A model generated the notes under the pieces. The model was not told the origin of the DNA and made no database searches. It saw nothing but the letters and a program-made list of their open reading frames with translations. Position numbers and translations under genes: made by a program. From a virus (lineage: Duplodnaviria > Caudoviricetes): a stretch of 64,000 bases of DNA. The stretch covers positions 1 through 64,000 of the IMG/VR virus record IMGVR_UViG_3300028591_000175, one strand, 5' to 3'. Shown one piece after another: positions 37,718-46,607 of this stretch. Within the stretch, counting starts at the first letter, position 1; every line of letters starts with the position of its first letter.

Positions 37718-38599
37718 TTATTCCTCCGTTTTAGTAATAAATCCTTGAATTCCTTTTTGTGTTCTTTCAAATGCTCTAGCTTGATTTGCTTTATTTAATT
37801 CTAATTGTCTTCTCATTCTTTCTTCTTTAACTAAATGAGCTATTGAAATTTTATCTTCTAACTTCATATTATAGTTATATACATTTTCAACTTCTCTTTC
37901 ACAGTCTGTATTTAATACCCAAGGTGTTGCATTATAAATATATTTCTCTACACTATAAGCAAGTCTTTTCTTATCAACTTCTGGATAATCAAAGTAATAA
38001 ATAACAGTCTGCATAAGTGTTACTAAACTTCCTGGTATTTTCTTCTCATCAATACTTTCTAATAAAGGTTTGATAAATTCTAGTCTAGGTATGGCGGCCT
38101 CATATTGCTCCTCTGTTAATTGTAAAATACCTTCTTTTATATCTCTGTGTTTTGATTTTGATACTCTATAAACTGCTGTTGAAATTATATCTAAGTTTCC
38201 GTTTGCATATTTACTCATAAGTCTTAATAATCTTTGATAATTTTCGTTTCCTTGTTCTGCGTATGATTTGATAAAGTCTGGTAATTTCCAATTTACCATA
38301 TTCATATTCATATAAACACATTCTTTTGTACCTGCTCCTGGGGCTATGATATACTCCACTGGCATTTTTAATCTTTGAAGTGCTGTAAGTCTACCTTGAC
38401 CGTCGATTACTTCCATATTTTCATTTACTACGATAGGGTTATGTATCCAACCTATTTTTTGAATACTATCTACTATCTTTGAAATTCTACTCTCTGGTAT
38501 ATCTCTATTTCCTACTAATCTTTTGAATATTGAATAATCTCTTGTAGTGTATACATTATATGCTACACTTCTTTCTTCTTCTTTTCCAAATAAATTCAT
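37718..38599 (-). CDS. ParB/Srx-like N-terminal domain protein
   Basis: GNRDI...PIVVNENMEVIDGQGRLTA. Confidence 0.8.
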   Translation of the reverse strand: MNLFGKEEERSVAYNVYTTRDYSIFKRLVGNRDIPESRISKIVDSIQKIGWIHNPIVVNENMEVIDGQGRLTALQRLKMPVEYIIAPGAGTKECVYMNMNMVNWKLPDFIKSYAEQGNENYQRLLRLMSKYANGNLDIISTAVYRVSKSKHRDIKEGILQLTEEQYEAAIPRLEFIKPLLESIDEKKIPGSLVTLMQTVIYYFDYPEVDKKRLAYSVEKYIYNATPWVLNTDCEREVENVYNYNMKLEDKISIAHLVKEERMRRQLELNKANQARAFERTQKGIQGFITKTEE

Positions 38600-38631
38600 T
38601 TTTATTTCCTACCTTTCTATCTACTTAAATT

Positions 38632-38748
38632 TTAATAATCTTCTCCTTCGTTTCCTTCAATCATTTCATCATAAAGTGTTTCTTTTTCTACTTCTGTCAT
38701 ACTATCTGGGTCAATATCATACAATATTAGGTCTAAAAACGGGTCCAT
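38632..38748 (-). CDS. 38-aa acidic peptide
   Basis: MDPFLDLILYDIDPDSM...; GGAGGTG RBS, coupled to upstream stop. Confidence 0.55.
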   Translation of the reverse strand: MDPFLDLILYDIDPDSMTEVEKETLYDEMIEGNEGEDY

Positions 38749-39005
38749 TATTCTTCACCTCCTGTAACAGACGGTGTATATCCGTTTGCTATAAGCCAGT
38801 TATAACTTCTTTCATATTGCTCTAAACTAATTTTAGTGTCTGGCATTAAATACATATTACAAATAGCTTTGTGCATACCTGCTAGAAATACATTCTCGTC
38901 TTCTGGTATATCTATGTCATACTTTTTACAATATGCTTTCATTTTATCTGGGTCTCCACTCGCAAGTGCTTCGTCTCTATCTTTTCTGAATTCTTCTAAA
39001 TCCAT
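38748..39005 (-). CDS. Hypothetical protein
   Basis: ATG at 39005 with GGAGG RBS. Confidence 0.7.
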   Translation of the reverse strand: MDLEEFRKDRDEALASGDPDKMKAYCKKYDIDIPEDENVFLAGMHKAICNMYLMPDTKISLEQYERSYNWLIANGYTPSVTGGEE

Positions 39006-39026
39006 ATTATTACCTCCTTTATAAAC

Positions 39027-39055
39027 ATTATACACAACTTTTAGTAGTTTGTCAA
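39027..39055 (-). promoter_or_regulatory. Consensus sigma-A promoter
   Basis: TTGACA-AACTAC...-TATAAT, 17-nt spacer. Confidence 0.8.
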
Positions 39056-39064
39056 TACTTTATC

Positions 39065-39346
39065 TTAAACTTCTCTTATTTTTTTATACTTATATAAAAT
39101 GTCATATTCTTCTTCGGTAAAATATCCACAAAAATACATAAGCTCTAAATAGGTGAATAATCCGTCAGAAGCATTCGCTATTTTTCGTAATATTTTAGGT
39201 GAAGGAGGTTCTGCTGTTGTGAAGTTAATATATTTTGATAAATACGTCCTGTCTACACCTGCTATTTTAGCGAGTTTTGTCACAGACCCATAGTAATCAC
39301 GTAATGTTTTTAATATATTAGCAAATGATATTCTTTCAAACTTCAT
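39065..39346 (-). CDS. XRE-family HTH regulator
   Basis: SVTKLAKIAGVDRTYLSK...PSPKILRKIA. Confidence 0.8.
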   Translation of the reverse strand: MKFERISFANILKTLRDYYGSVTKLAKIAGVDRTYLSKYINFTTAEPPSPKILRKIANASDGLFTYLELMYFCGYFTEEEYDILYKYKKIREV

Positions 39347-41331
39347 TATTCCACCTTCTTTTTTCTTGTTTTTCTTTCTGGTTTTACCCCTAAAAAGTCG
39401 TTAATACGTTTTTGAGCTTCTGCTATATACCACTCATAATCTATATTATCTAACTCTCCTATTTTCTTTCCACGTATGTCAGTGTTAATTATCAATACGT
39501 GTTCTGGTGTACCTTCAACTTTATCAAGTGAGCCTATTTCTTTATCTCTTTTATGTTTGAATAAACCACCAAGAGATTTGTCTACGCTCGGAAATATCCT
39601 GTTCACTTTCTGTACTATTTCGTCTCCTGAATCTTTTTTCCAAGTTGGGGTGTCGTACATATTCCCTAGCTTTTTAATCATTTGATAATCAGTTGCTGGA
39701 TTTTCTGGGTTACAAATAGTAGTCCTAATATCTACTCCATTTAAGAAATATTCAACTACAGCTTTGGCAAGGATTGATAGCGTATCCTGTTCATTACCGT
39801 CATCATATTTCGTCACATACGCTCCTTTAACTTTTACCTTTCCACTACTATCTTTGAATACATAGTTGTTAACGTCTTTTTCGTATAAGTTGTCAGCAAC
39901 AGTTTTCTCTAAACTAAATCTCCAATCTTTTTCCCAACCTTTACATATTCTGTCTATGATTTCTTCTGCGTCATCAGTTAATAATTCTAATGCAATACCA
40001 TCAGTGTTTGATTGAATTAGTTTGAAATACTCATAGTAGCCATCTGCTCGTATACCCACGTTTTCACCTTCTGCTAACGCCCAACTAGGTTTTAATCTGG
40101 CTTGAGGCTCAGCTCTATGAAGTCTGTAAATTAAATCTAATAAAGATAATTGTCCTAACATACACATTTTAGTATTATATTCAGGGTCATATATTTTTTT
40201 GAATTTATCTTTCATACAGCCAGAAGTCGTGTTCAATATAAGTTTATATCTTGCTGCTTGGTCTTTTAATGCTTTCTTTTCTTCTTTACTCAATCCTTCG
40301 TCGTGCATTTTAGCTTTTATATCCATACGAACTTGAACCATATTTCCAAATGCTTCGACACCACGTTTATCAATTTGTCTTGACAATAAATCCCATTGTA
40401 CTAATATGTTAGGATATAGTGAAGATACGTCTACCCAAATAATTTTCTTTCCGTCTTCTGGTCTACATATATAATTTTTAATTCCTCCGTGTACTCCTCC
40501 AAGTGCAAATGTATGCTCTACTCCTAATATATCTATATTCATACTTAATTTTGTTTTGTCACATTTTTTAGTGTCCCATTTATGTTTTTCCAACTCACGT
40601 AAGGCTTCCAAGAAAAATTCAAATACTGTTTTTATCTCTGGTACGTCCCAATTACAAGGTAATGTTGATAATTGAAAATTCTTTCTTGCTCTAGTATTTA
40701 CTCCTCTATTCTGTGATAATAATATAGTCTCTGTTAGCTTTGCGTTTGTTTTACATACATAATTTATAGGTAGTCCAAATTCTTTTACAAGTAACATTTT
40801 AGTTTTGAATGTATTTTTTCTTTGCTTAAATCTTTCTAATGTACCAAATAAATCTGCTCTATTATATTTTGCAACGTCGTCTTTTTCTTCTTGTGTTAAT
40901 TTTCTATCTATATCAAATGGTACAACACTCTCTACGATACTCATTCCAATAAAACCTTCTAGTTGTTTTAATGAGAAAAATGAACCGTCCCCCATAACGT
41001 CATAACTTAAAATCGGTGATTGATAAAAGTCTGTAATGTCGTATTTCCCTAATACATTGAATACGGGTATATCATAATCCTGTGCGTGAATAACAGAATT
41101 GCTACACGCAAAAACTCTGTCCTCGGTACTTAATTTCCCAGTCAGAATTCCGTGTAGCAATATATGGTCGTAATGCGCAGAGTTATAACCTACCCAAATG
41201 TTTTCTAAATTCTTTCTGGTGAACGATTTGATTTCATCAATATCCCACAACTGGGTAACTACCCCGGTCTCCTCATCTAAAACTCCAAGTAACGTGTCGT
41301 GTTTGAATACCTCAAAATCGTATAGTAGCAT
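39346..41331 (-). CDS. Family B DNA polymerase with 3'-5' exonuclease
   Basis: YDFEVF, GYNSAHYD, DVSSLYP, KLILNTTSG, QSNTDGI, DVNNY. Confidence 0.9.
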   Translation of the reverse strand: MLLYDFEVFKHDTLLGVLDEETGVVTQLWDIDEIKSFTRKNLENIWVGYNSAHYDHILLHGILTGKLSTEDRVFACSNSVIHAQDYDIPVFNVLGKYDITDFYQSPILSYDVMGDGSFFSLKQLEGFIGMSIVESVVPFDIDRKLTQEEKDDVAKYNRADLFGTLERFKQRKNTFKTKMLLVKEFGLPINYVCKTNAKLTETILLSQNRGVNTRARKNFQLSTLPCNWDVPEIKTVFEFFLEALRELEKHKWDTKKCDKTKLSMNIDILGVEHTFALGGVHGGIKNYICRPEDGKKIIWVDVSSLYPNILVQWDLLSRQIDKRGVEAFGNMVQVRMDIKAKMHDEGLSKEEKKALKDQAARYKLILNTTSGCMKDKFKKIYDPEYNTKMCMLGQLSLLDLIYRLHRAEPQARLKPSWALAEGENVGIRADGYYEYFKLIQSNTDGIALELLTDDAEEIIDRICKGWEKDWRFSLEKTVADNLYEKDVNNYVFKDSSGKVKVKGAYVTKYDDGNEQDTLSILAKAVVEYFLNGVDIRTTICNPENPATDYQMIKKLGNMYDTPTWKKDSGDEIVQKVNRIFPSVDKSLGGLFKHKRDKEIGSLDKVEGTPEHVLIINTDIRGKKIGELDNIDYEWYIAEAQKRINDFLGVKPERKTRKKKVE

Positions 41332-41343
41332 AGGTTTTCCTCC

Positions 41344-41469
41344 TTATTTATATATTATACTTAAATCAATATTATTCATATAACAATATTCTCTGATTAA
41401 GGCGTCTCTTTCGTGTATATCTTCTGGTTGAAGATAACTAAGAAGTCTGATTAAATCTTGAAAACTCAT
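41344..41469 (-). CDS. 41-aa hypothetical protein
   Basis: GGAGG RBS; fills the gap before polB. Confidence 0.55.
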   Translation of the reverse strand: MSFQDLIRLLSYLQPEDIHERDALIREYCYMNNIDLSIIYK

Positions 41470-41479
41470 ATTATACCTC

Positions 41480-41743
41480 CTAGATAGCCCAAAAATTCAA
41501 TATAGTTTTATCTTCTAATATATTTCTTAAATATGTTTTTAATACTGGCTCTGGTCCACTTATAAGTTGTCTATGTCCTCGAGCTTTGTTACATATTTGT
41601 ACTATTGAGCTTTCGCACATATCACTATGATACTCAATACTACCAATACTACTAGGTAAAAGATTATACTTTTCATTTATTAAATCACATAAATCATCTA
41701 CACTAGCGTTTTTCTTATCACTATTTACTTTTTTTCTTCCCAT
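41480..41743 (-). CDS. Hypothetical protein
   Basis: Likely start MGRKK at 41743. Confidence 0.6.
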   Translation of the reverse strand: MGRKKVNSDKKNASVDDLCDLINEKYNLLPSSIGSIEYHSDMCESSIVQICNKARGHRQLISGPEPVLKTYLRNILEDKTILNFWAI

Positions 41744-42188
41744 CGTCTGGCTCCATTCCAAAAACTTTTTGAATAGTTTTCTTTTTCTTTTCAAATACTT
41801 TTTGAGCCTGTGCGTCACTTTTATATTTATCACTTGCGTAGTCCTCGATTGATTTCATAGCAGTTTCATATATACCTTGAACAATATCTATCTTTTGGTC
41901 TAAGTATTCAGGCTCGTCCTTATAACATTCTAATATATTCCCCAACTCGTAAACCATTTCCGTAGCGAGGGTGTCCATTGCGATTAGTGTACCCTCTTGA
42001 AGTTTACGATTAAATTCTTTCCCCATACGCATTAGTTCTGCGTTATATTCTTTAGTTAATCTTTCTTCTGTCATTTTGATAGCTCTTTGTATACCCTCTT
42101 GATACATTTCAGGGGTCATACTTTCATAATACTTCTTGATAGCAAAATCTTCACTCGCTTTTTGTAACTTTTTCCAGGTACTACTCAT
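41721..42188 (-). CDS. Hypothetical protein
   Basis: 155-aa ORF. Confidence 0.65.
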   Translation of the reverse strand: MSSTWKKLQKASEDFAIKKYYESMTPEMYQEGIQRAIKMTEERLTKEYNAELMRMGKEFNRKLQEGTLIAMDTLATEMVYELGNILECYKDEPEYLDQKIDIVQGIYETAMKSIEDYASDKYKSDAQAQKVFEKKKKTIQKVFGMEPDDGKKKSK

Positions 42189-42190
42189 AA

Positions 42191-42424
42191 CTATACATCC
42201 TTTCCAAACATTTTAGGGTCGTCTAAATTCTTTTGTAAGAATTCAACCATTGCATTCATAACATCTTGTCTTTGTGAATTTGAGATATATAGCATTTTTT
42301 TATCGTCACCTTCTCCAAATTCATAAGCAAGTAATGCAAACCCAAAATTCTCTGGAAGTTTAGCTTTAATATCTTTTGCTATGTCTTGTAATACCGCATT
42401 AGCTTGTTCTTCTCTTTCTGTCAT
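42191..42424 (-). CDS. Hypothetical protein
   Basis: GFALL..F...YISN..R.D motif. Confidence 0.65.
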   Translation of the reverse strand: MTEREEQANAVLQDIAKDIKAKLPENFGFALLAYEFGEGDDKKMLYISNSQRQDVMNAMVEFLQKNLDDPKMFGKDV

Positions 42425-42692
42425 TCTTTTCACCCCTTTCTAATTTCTTAAATCTACCTAATTTATCTTTAGGGCGTCGACTACTTTCAATTTTGTGCCA
42501 ACAACCGCAAGACCTATAATTACTATATGGATATATAAACTGGTCTTTTCGTAACAATATTATATTACCACAATCACATTCACATTTCCATACACTACGA
42601 CTTTTACCGTCTTTTCTATATTCCATATGACTAAATCCCAAAACAGTTAAATATCCATATCTGTTCCCAGTTATATCAATCAACTTTTGCAA
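42399..42692 (-). CDS. Homing-endonuclease-associated Cys module without a nuclease domain
   Basis: IDITGNRYGYLTV...WKCECDCG...SCGC, normally N-terminal to HNH/AP2 domains. Confidence 0.65.
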   Translation of the reverse strand: MQKLIDITGNRYGYLTVLGFSHMEYRKDGKSRSVWKCECDCGNIILLRKDQFIYPYSNYRSCGCWHKIESSRRPKDKLGRFKKLERGEKNDRKRRTS

Positions 42693-42694
42693 TT

Positions 42695-43999
42695 TTATTT
42701 CTCCCTTCCATCTTCACTACCGTCATTTTTTAATTCGACAATAGTAGTTTTCTTAGGGTCTTCGTGTAAATTTCTATCAGCCATCCATTGTTTGAACATA
42801 TTATAAGCTACGTCTTTGTCTGTTGCATAAAATACTCTTGTAAACGGACGTCTAGTATTGAATATAGTAGATATACTATCAGTAGTAATTTGATAACGTT
42901 TCATTGTACTATCTATTCTATCCCCCGCAAGTAGTATCTTATCATTAGGGTCTTGTGTATAAGCATTCCAAGCTCTTTGCATTTCTATAATAGTATTTGT
43001 TTGATATAGTTTTTTCCAAAAGAATATAGCACCTTTTAATACACGTCTCCAAGTTAAAAAACCTTTGAATTTTATATCGTCTGCTTCTTGAAAACCGTTA
43101 AATTCCCAGTCGTGTTGTAATTTTCTTTCTACTACATTCAAGGCTTGCTCTAAATCAAGCATTGCTTGTTGACTGTTAGATTTTGCAATAGTCATAAATA
43201 TATCTTTTAATTTATCAGTATTTACAAGCACGTCTAATACGTCCTCTAAACTCTCGTCTGGTATTTCGCAACCACATTCTCTTAATATTCTAATAAAACT
43301 ATCTTGGTCAGATAATGGGTCTAACGCTTTCTTTATAGGTTTCATCATAGGGTGTTGCTCTACCTCGCCCCCATTAGCTTTTGAAGAATAATAAGTATTA
43401 TTATCAGGCACAGTTAATTCTGGTTCTGGCTCTACTGGTTTTTCGTGTCTTTTATTTTGTCCTTCTATCGCTCTATCTATTCTCCATTTTTCTTCATCGG
43501 ATAAATCTAAATAACGAATATATGCTTTTCCTCTAGCTTTCATATTAGCTTTTCTTCTCGTACATCTTACACATACTCCGTGTGAATTTAATTCTTCTAC
43601 TTCTTTTCCGCAGTCTACACATATTTTTTGGTTTGTTTCGGTCTCCATTTTTCTTCTCTCCTTTTTCTTCTCCCTATATCTTAATATTTCGGGTTTAATG
43701 AATTGAGTTATAGGCTTAAATTTATCTTTTACTTCTAATACCGTAATCGCTACGTGTGTACCTTTATTATATATAACTTCAATGTCCCCGTCTGTAATAT
43801 ACCCTATCTGGTTTGATTTTCTGGTCGTATAACAACAGTGTCTATATAATGCACAATCATAAATTAAATCGTCTTTTCCATACCACTTGACACTACTTCG
43901 CATAATATTATTACTATTATATTTCATATCCACGTCTTTTCTTTCTAATAATCTTTGTCGTGCGTGGGGCGACAATTTCATATCTTTTGGTAACTTCAT
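42695..43999 (-). CDS. Multidomain hypothetical protein with zinc finger
   Basis: LSPHARQRLLER N-terminus, CVDCG...CVRC; start at 43999 with AGGAG RBS. Confidence 0.65.
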   Translation of the reverse strand: MKLPKDMKLSPHARQRLLERKDVDMKYNSNNIMRSSVKWYGKDDLIYDCALYRHCCYTTRKSNQIGYITDGDIEVIYNKGTHVAITVLEVKDKFKPITQFIKPEILRYREKKKERRKMETETNQKICVDCGKEVEELNSHGVCVRCTRRKANMKARGKAYIRYLDLSDEEKWRIDRAIEGQNKRHEKPVEPEPELTVPDNNTYYSSKANGGEVEQHPMMKPIKKALDPLSDQDSFIRILRECGCEIPDESLEDVLDVLVNTDKLKDIFMTIAKSNSQQAMLDLEQALNVVERKLQHDWEFNGFQEADDIKFKGFLTWRRVLKGAIFFWKKLYQTNTIIEMQRAWNAYTQDPNDKILLAGDRIDSTMKRYQITTDSISTIFNTRRPFTRVFYATDKDVAYNMFKQWMADRNLHEDPKKTTIVELKNDGSEDGREK

Positions 44000-44119
44000 A
44001 ACTTCTCCTTTCTTATATAATATTGGGGGCAAAGGGTATTGTTTCATAAGTTATAGAAGCGGTCTCACACTTCTAGTTCCTACCCCTTGCATAAGGATTT
44101 CCTGCGTCCCTACATTTAT

Positions 44120-44148
44120 ATTATACAACAATATTATCAACAAGTCAA
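44120..44148 (-). promoter_or_regulatory. Leftward promoter of the replication arm
   Basis: TTGACT-N17-TATAAT on minus strand. Confidence 0.75.
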
Positions 44149-44308
44149 TAGGTTTGTTGTCTTTTTTCTAAAAAATTTTTGCGCTCGTGTTTTGTGTAAA
44201 GTCGAGCGTTATTTTAGTTAGTTTACATAACTCTGAAACCCTTGAGCCTACTGCGACAGCGGGTTTTCTAAGGACAAGAGATTTTTTGTCTAAATTTCGT
44301 AAAATCTA

Positions 44309-44337
44309 TTGAAAAAAATCATAAAAAATGATATGCT
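44309..44337 (+). promoter_or_regulatory. Rightward promoter
   Basis: TTGAAA-N17-TATGCT with extended TG. Confidence 0.6.
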
Positions 44338-44373
44338 ATGTATGAAATATGAAATGAGAAATAGGAGATTGAA

Positions 44374-45054
44374 ATGAAAGATTATAGCGATAGCGAATTT
44401 TTTGACGCTCCTTATAGGGGTGTCACTAGCGTTCTGAATGCAATTTTTGGTAATAAATTTGAAAAAATGGATATTCCAGAGAGAATATTAAAAGCCGCAG
44501 GAGAAAGAGGTACTGCGGTACATAAATATATTGAAGATTGGTTAGGTTGGTATGACCGTAGGTTTAAGCCAGAAGACGAGTTAGAACCTCACTTAGGTCT
44601 TGAATATACACAATATGAAGCTCGTTTCAAAGAGTGGTTAGAAGAAAGAATAGACTGGGATATACACCCACTATACACAGAGCAACGTATTATAAATAAG
44701 AAGTTAGGTGTAAAAGGAATAATAGATTGTATCGCTGTCGTAAATGATAAAATATGTATGATAGACTGGAAAACAAGTAGCAACTTAGACGAATGGTCGA
44801 CTGAATGTCAGCTTCAATTATATTATATGATGTTATTAAAAGGTAATAAAGAGCAAAGAGACTTAGCAAAAAAGATAGACGAATTAAGATGTTTGAGCCT
44901 TACTAAAACTGGTTATCGTTGGTTTAAGTTTTCAATAGATAAAAAACTAGGTAATGCTATATTAGAATTATGGAATAAACATTTTAGAGAAATAGCAGAG
45001 GCAGAGAAAGAAAAAGAAAGAAAAGGTATAGTAAGGGAGCCAGTGATATTATGA
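44374..45054 (+). CDS. PD-(D/E)xK exonuclease (Cas4-like)
   Basis: GVTSVL, RGTAVH, GIIDC, IDWKTS, QLQLY. Confidence 0.85.
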   Translation: MKDYSDSEFFDAPYRGVTSVLNAIFGNKFEKMDIPERILKAAGERGTAVHKYIEDWLGWYDRRFKPEDELEPHLGLEYTQYEARFKEWLEERIDWDIHPLYTEQRIINKKLGVKGIIDCIAVVNDKICMIDWKTSSNLDEWSTECQLQLYYMMLLKGNKEQRDLAKKIDELRCLSLTKTGYRWFKFSIDKKLGNAILELWNKHFREIAEAEKEKERKGIVREPVIL

Positions 45055-45380
45055 AAGTAAAAAATGTTAACTTAGAATGGTATGTACTTCGTTGGGATTT
45101 TAATACTAAAAAAGTAATAAACTATAATATATTACAATGGAGAAAAGAAGATATAGCAAACGAAGTAAGAAGAAAAAGTATTCATAATAAAAGTATATTA
45201 AGAGAATACTTAAAAACAGCATTTATGTATGATTACTGGAGCAAAACAGAATGTGAATTTTATATTTCTGATTTGCACGGAGACGATTATGAAAAGATTG
45301 ATATATGGAGACAAATTGAACCGAATTTAGACCATATAGTTGAGTATGTAAATTCAAAGATGGAACTAGGACTAGAGTAG
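45051..45380 (+). CDS. Hypothetical protein
   Basis: 109 aa; YWSKTECE..KIDIWRQI. Confidence 0.7.
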   Translation: MKVKNVNLEWYVLRWDFNTKKVINYNILQWRKEDIANEVRRKSIHNKSILREYLKTAFMYDYWSKTECEFYISDLHGDDYEKIDIWRQIEPNLDHIVEYVNSKMELGLE

Positions 45381-45391
45381 GAGGTGTATGT

Positions 45392-46249
45392 ATGGCGGAG
45401 GTCGTTTACAGTAGTATGAAACGAGACGATACCATAAATCCTTACAGTCATAGAAAATTCACAAAAGCAGATTGTATGGAATGGTTAGATAAGTTGGAGG
45501 ACGAAAGTGTTAATTGCTGGATAATAGACCCGCCCTACAACGTCTTAACAGGTAATATGAAGAACAAAAATGGAGCAGCAATATTCCATTCACGATATAC
45601 AGCACAGGTCTCTCCTAGTGAGAGTGACTTAGAAAAAGGTATGGTAACTCCTAGATTTGAAGTTGCTATTCCGTGGGAAGAAAAATCTAAATTAGAAGAC
45701 TATAAGAATTATTGCTATACTTGGTATTGTAAAGCTCATCAGAAACTAGCAGAAGATAGTTTTATGTTCATCTTCTGGAGTATGAAATATTTATATTTGG
45801 CGTATCAATTATTTGACGTCAATCGAGTTATATTTTGGCAACAACCGAATATGATAAGCAGTATAACAGGTGATTTTAGTTATGATATAACACCAATTAT
45901 AGTAGTAAGAAAAGGTAACGCAAGATTAAATAAAAAAGCAAAACTATGGGATAAGACAAGTGTGCTGAAATTTGCTAAACCCCAGGGAAATTATAGGGAC
46001 GATAAACTCGCCCACCCTTGTCAAAAACCTAGAAAATTATTAGAGCATTTGGTATGGCTATCAGACGCAGACCAAGAAGGTTGTGTCATTGGAGACTTCT
46101 TCGCAGGTTCGGGAAGTCTCTTACGAGCAGTGAACCAAGCGGACGTTATTCTTTGCGATATGAATGACGAATATTACGATAAATTCTTTGACACCTATGT
46201 AACTGATATGAGAGTTTATAAATGTGAAAAAGAAAAATGGATAAAATAA
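45392..46249 (+). CDS. DNA N4-cytosine/N6-adenine methyltransferase (beta class)
   Basis: DPPY followed by HPCQKP and DFFAGSGS. Confidence 0.88.
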   Translation: MAEVVYSSMKRDDTINPYSHRKFTKADCMEWLDKLEDESVNCWIIDPPYNVLTGNMKNKNGAAIFHSRYTAQVSPSESDLEKGMVTPRFEVAIPWEEKSKLEDYKNYCYTWYCKAHQKLAEDSFMFIFWSMKYLYLAYQLFDVNRVIFWQQPNMISSITGDFSYDITPIIVVRKGNARLNKKAKLWDKTSVLKFAKPQGNYRDDKLAHPCQKPRKLLEHLVWLSDADQEGCVIGDFFAGSGSLLRAVNQADVILCDMNDEYYDKFFDTYVTDMRVYKCEKEKWIK

Positions 46250-46277
46250 GTAAGTAGTAGAAAGGTAGGACGATAGT

Positions 46278-46607
46278 ATGTTAAAAATAACTAAACTTGA
46301 TTTTGAATTAGGAAAGAATACAGAAAAAATCCCTAATGGCTTATGGTATGTAGTCGCAGATTATGTGAAAAGAGGGGAGGATTCTTATGATAGGGCGAAA
46401 CGTAGATTTGCAGTCACCACTATTGTATCTGAATTGAACGAGATACGTGAGCGTGATGACGTTGAAGAAACTGACTTTCGTCTTATTTTAATGGCTGAAA
46501 TAAATCAGATATATGCTAACTACAAGAACCTGACCATCTTTGAACAGGATATAATAAGATATATCGCTGAAATATTCAAAGTTCTAACAGATGGAGGTGT
46601 TTTATAA
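46278..46607 (+). CDS. Hypothetical protein
   Basis: 109-aa ORF in operon. Confidence 0.65.
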   Translation: MLKITKLDFELGKNTEKIPNGLWYVVADYVKRGEDSYDRAKRRFAVTTIVSELNEIRERDDVEETDFRLILMAEINQIYANYKNLTIFEQDIIRYIAEIFKVLTDGGVL

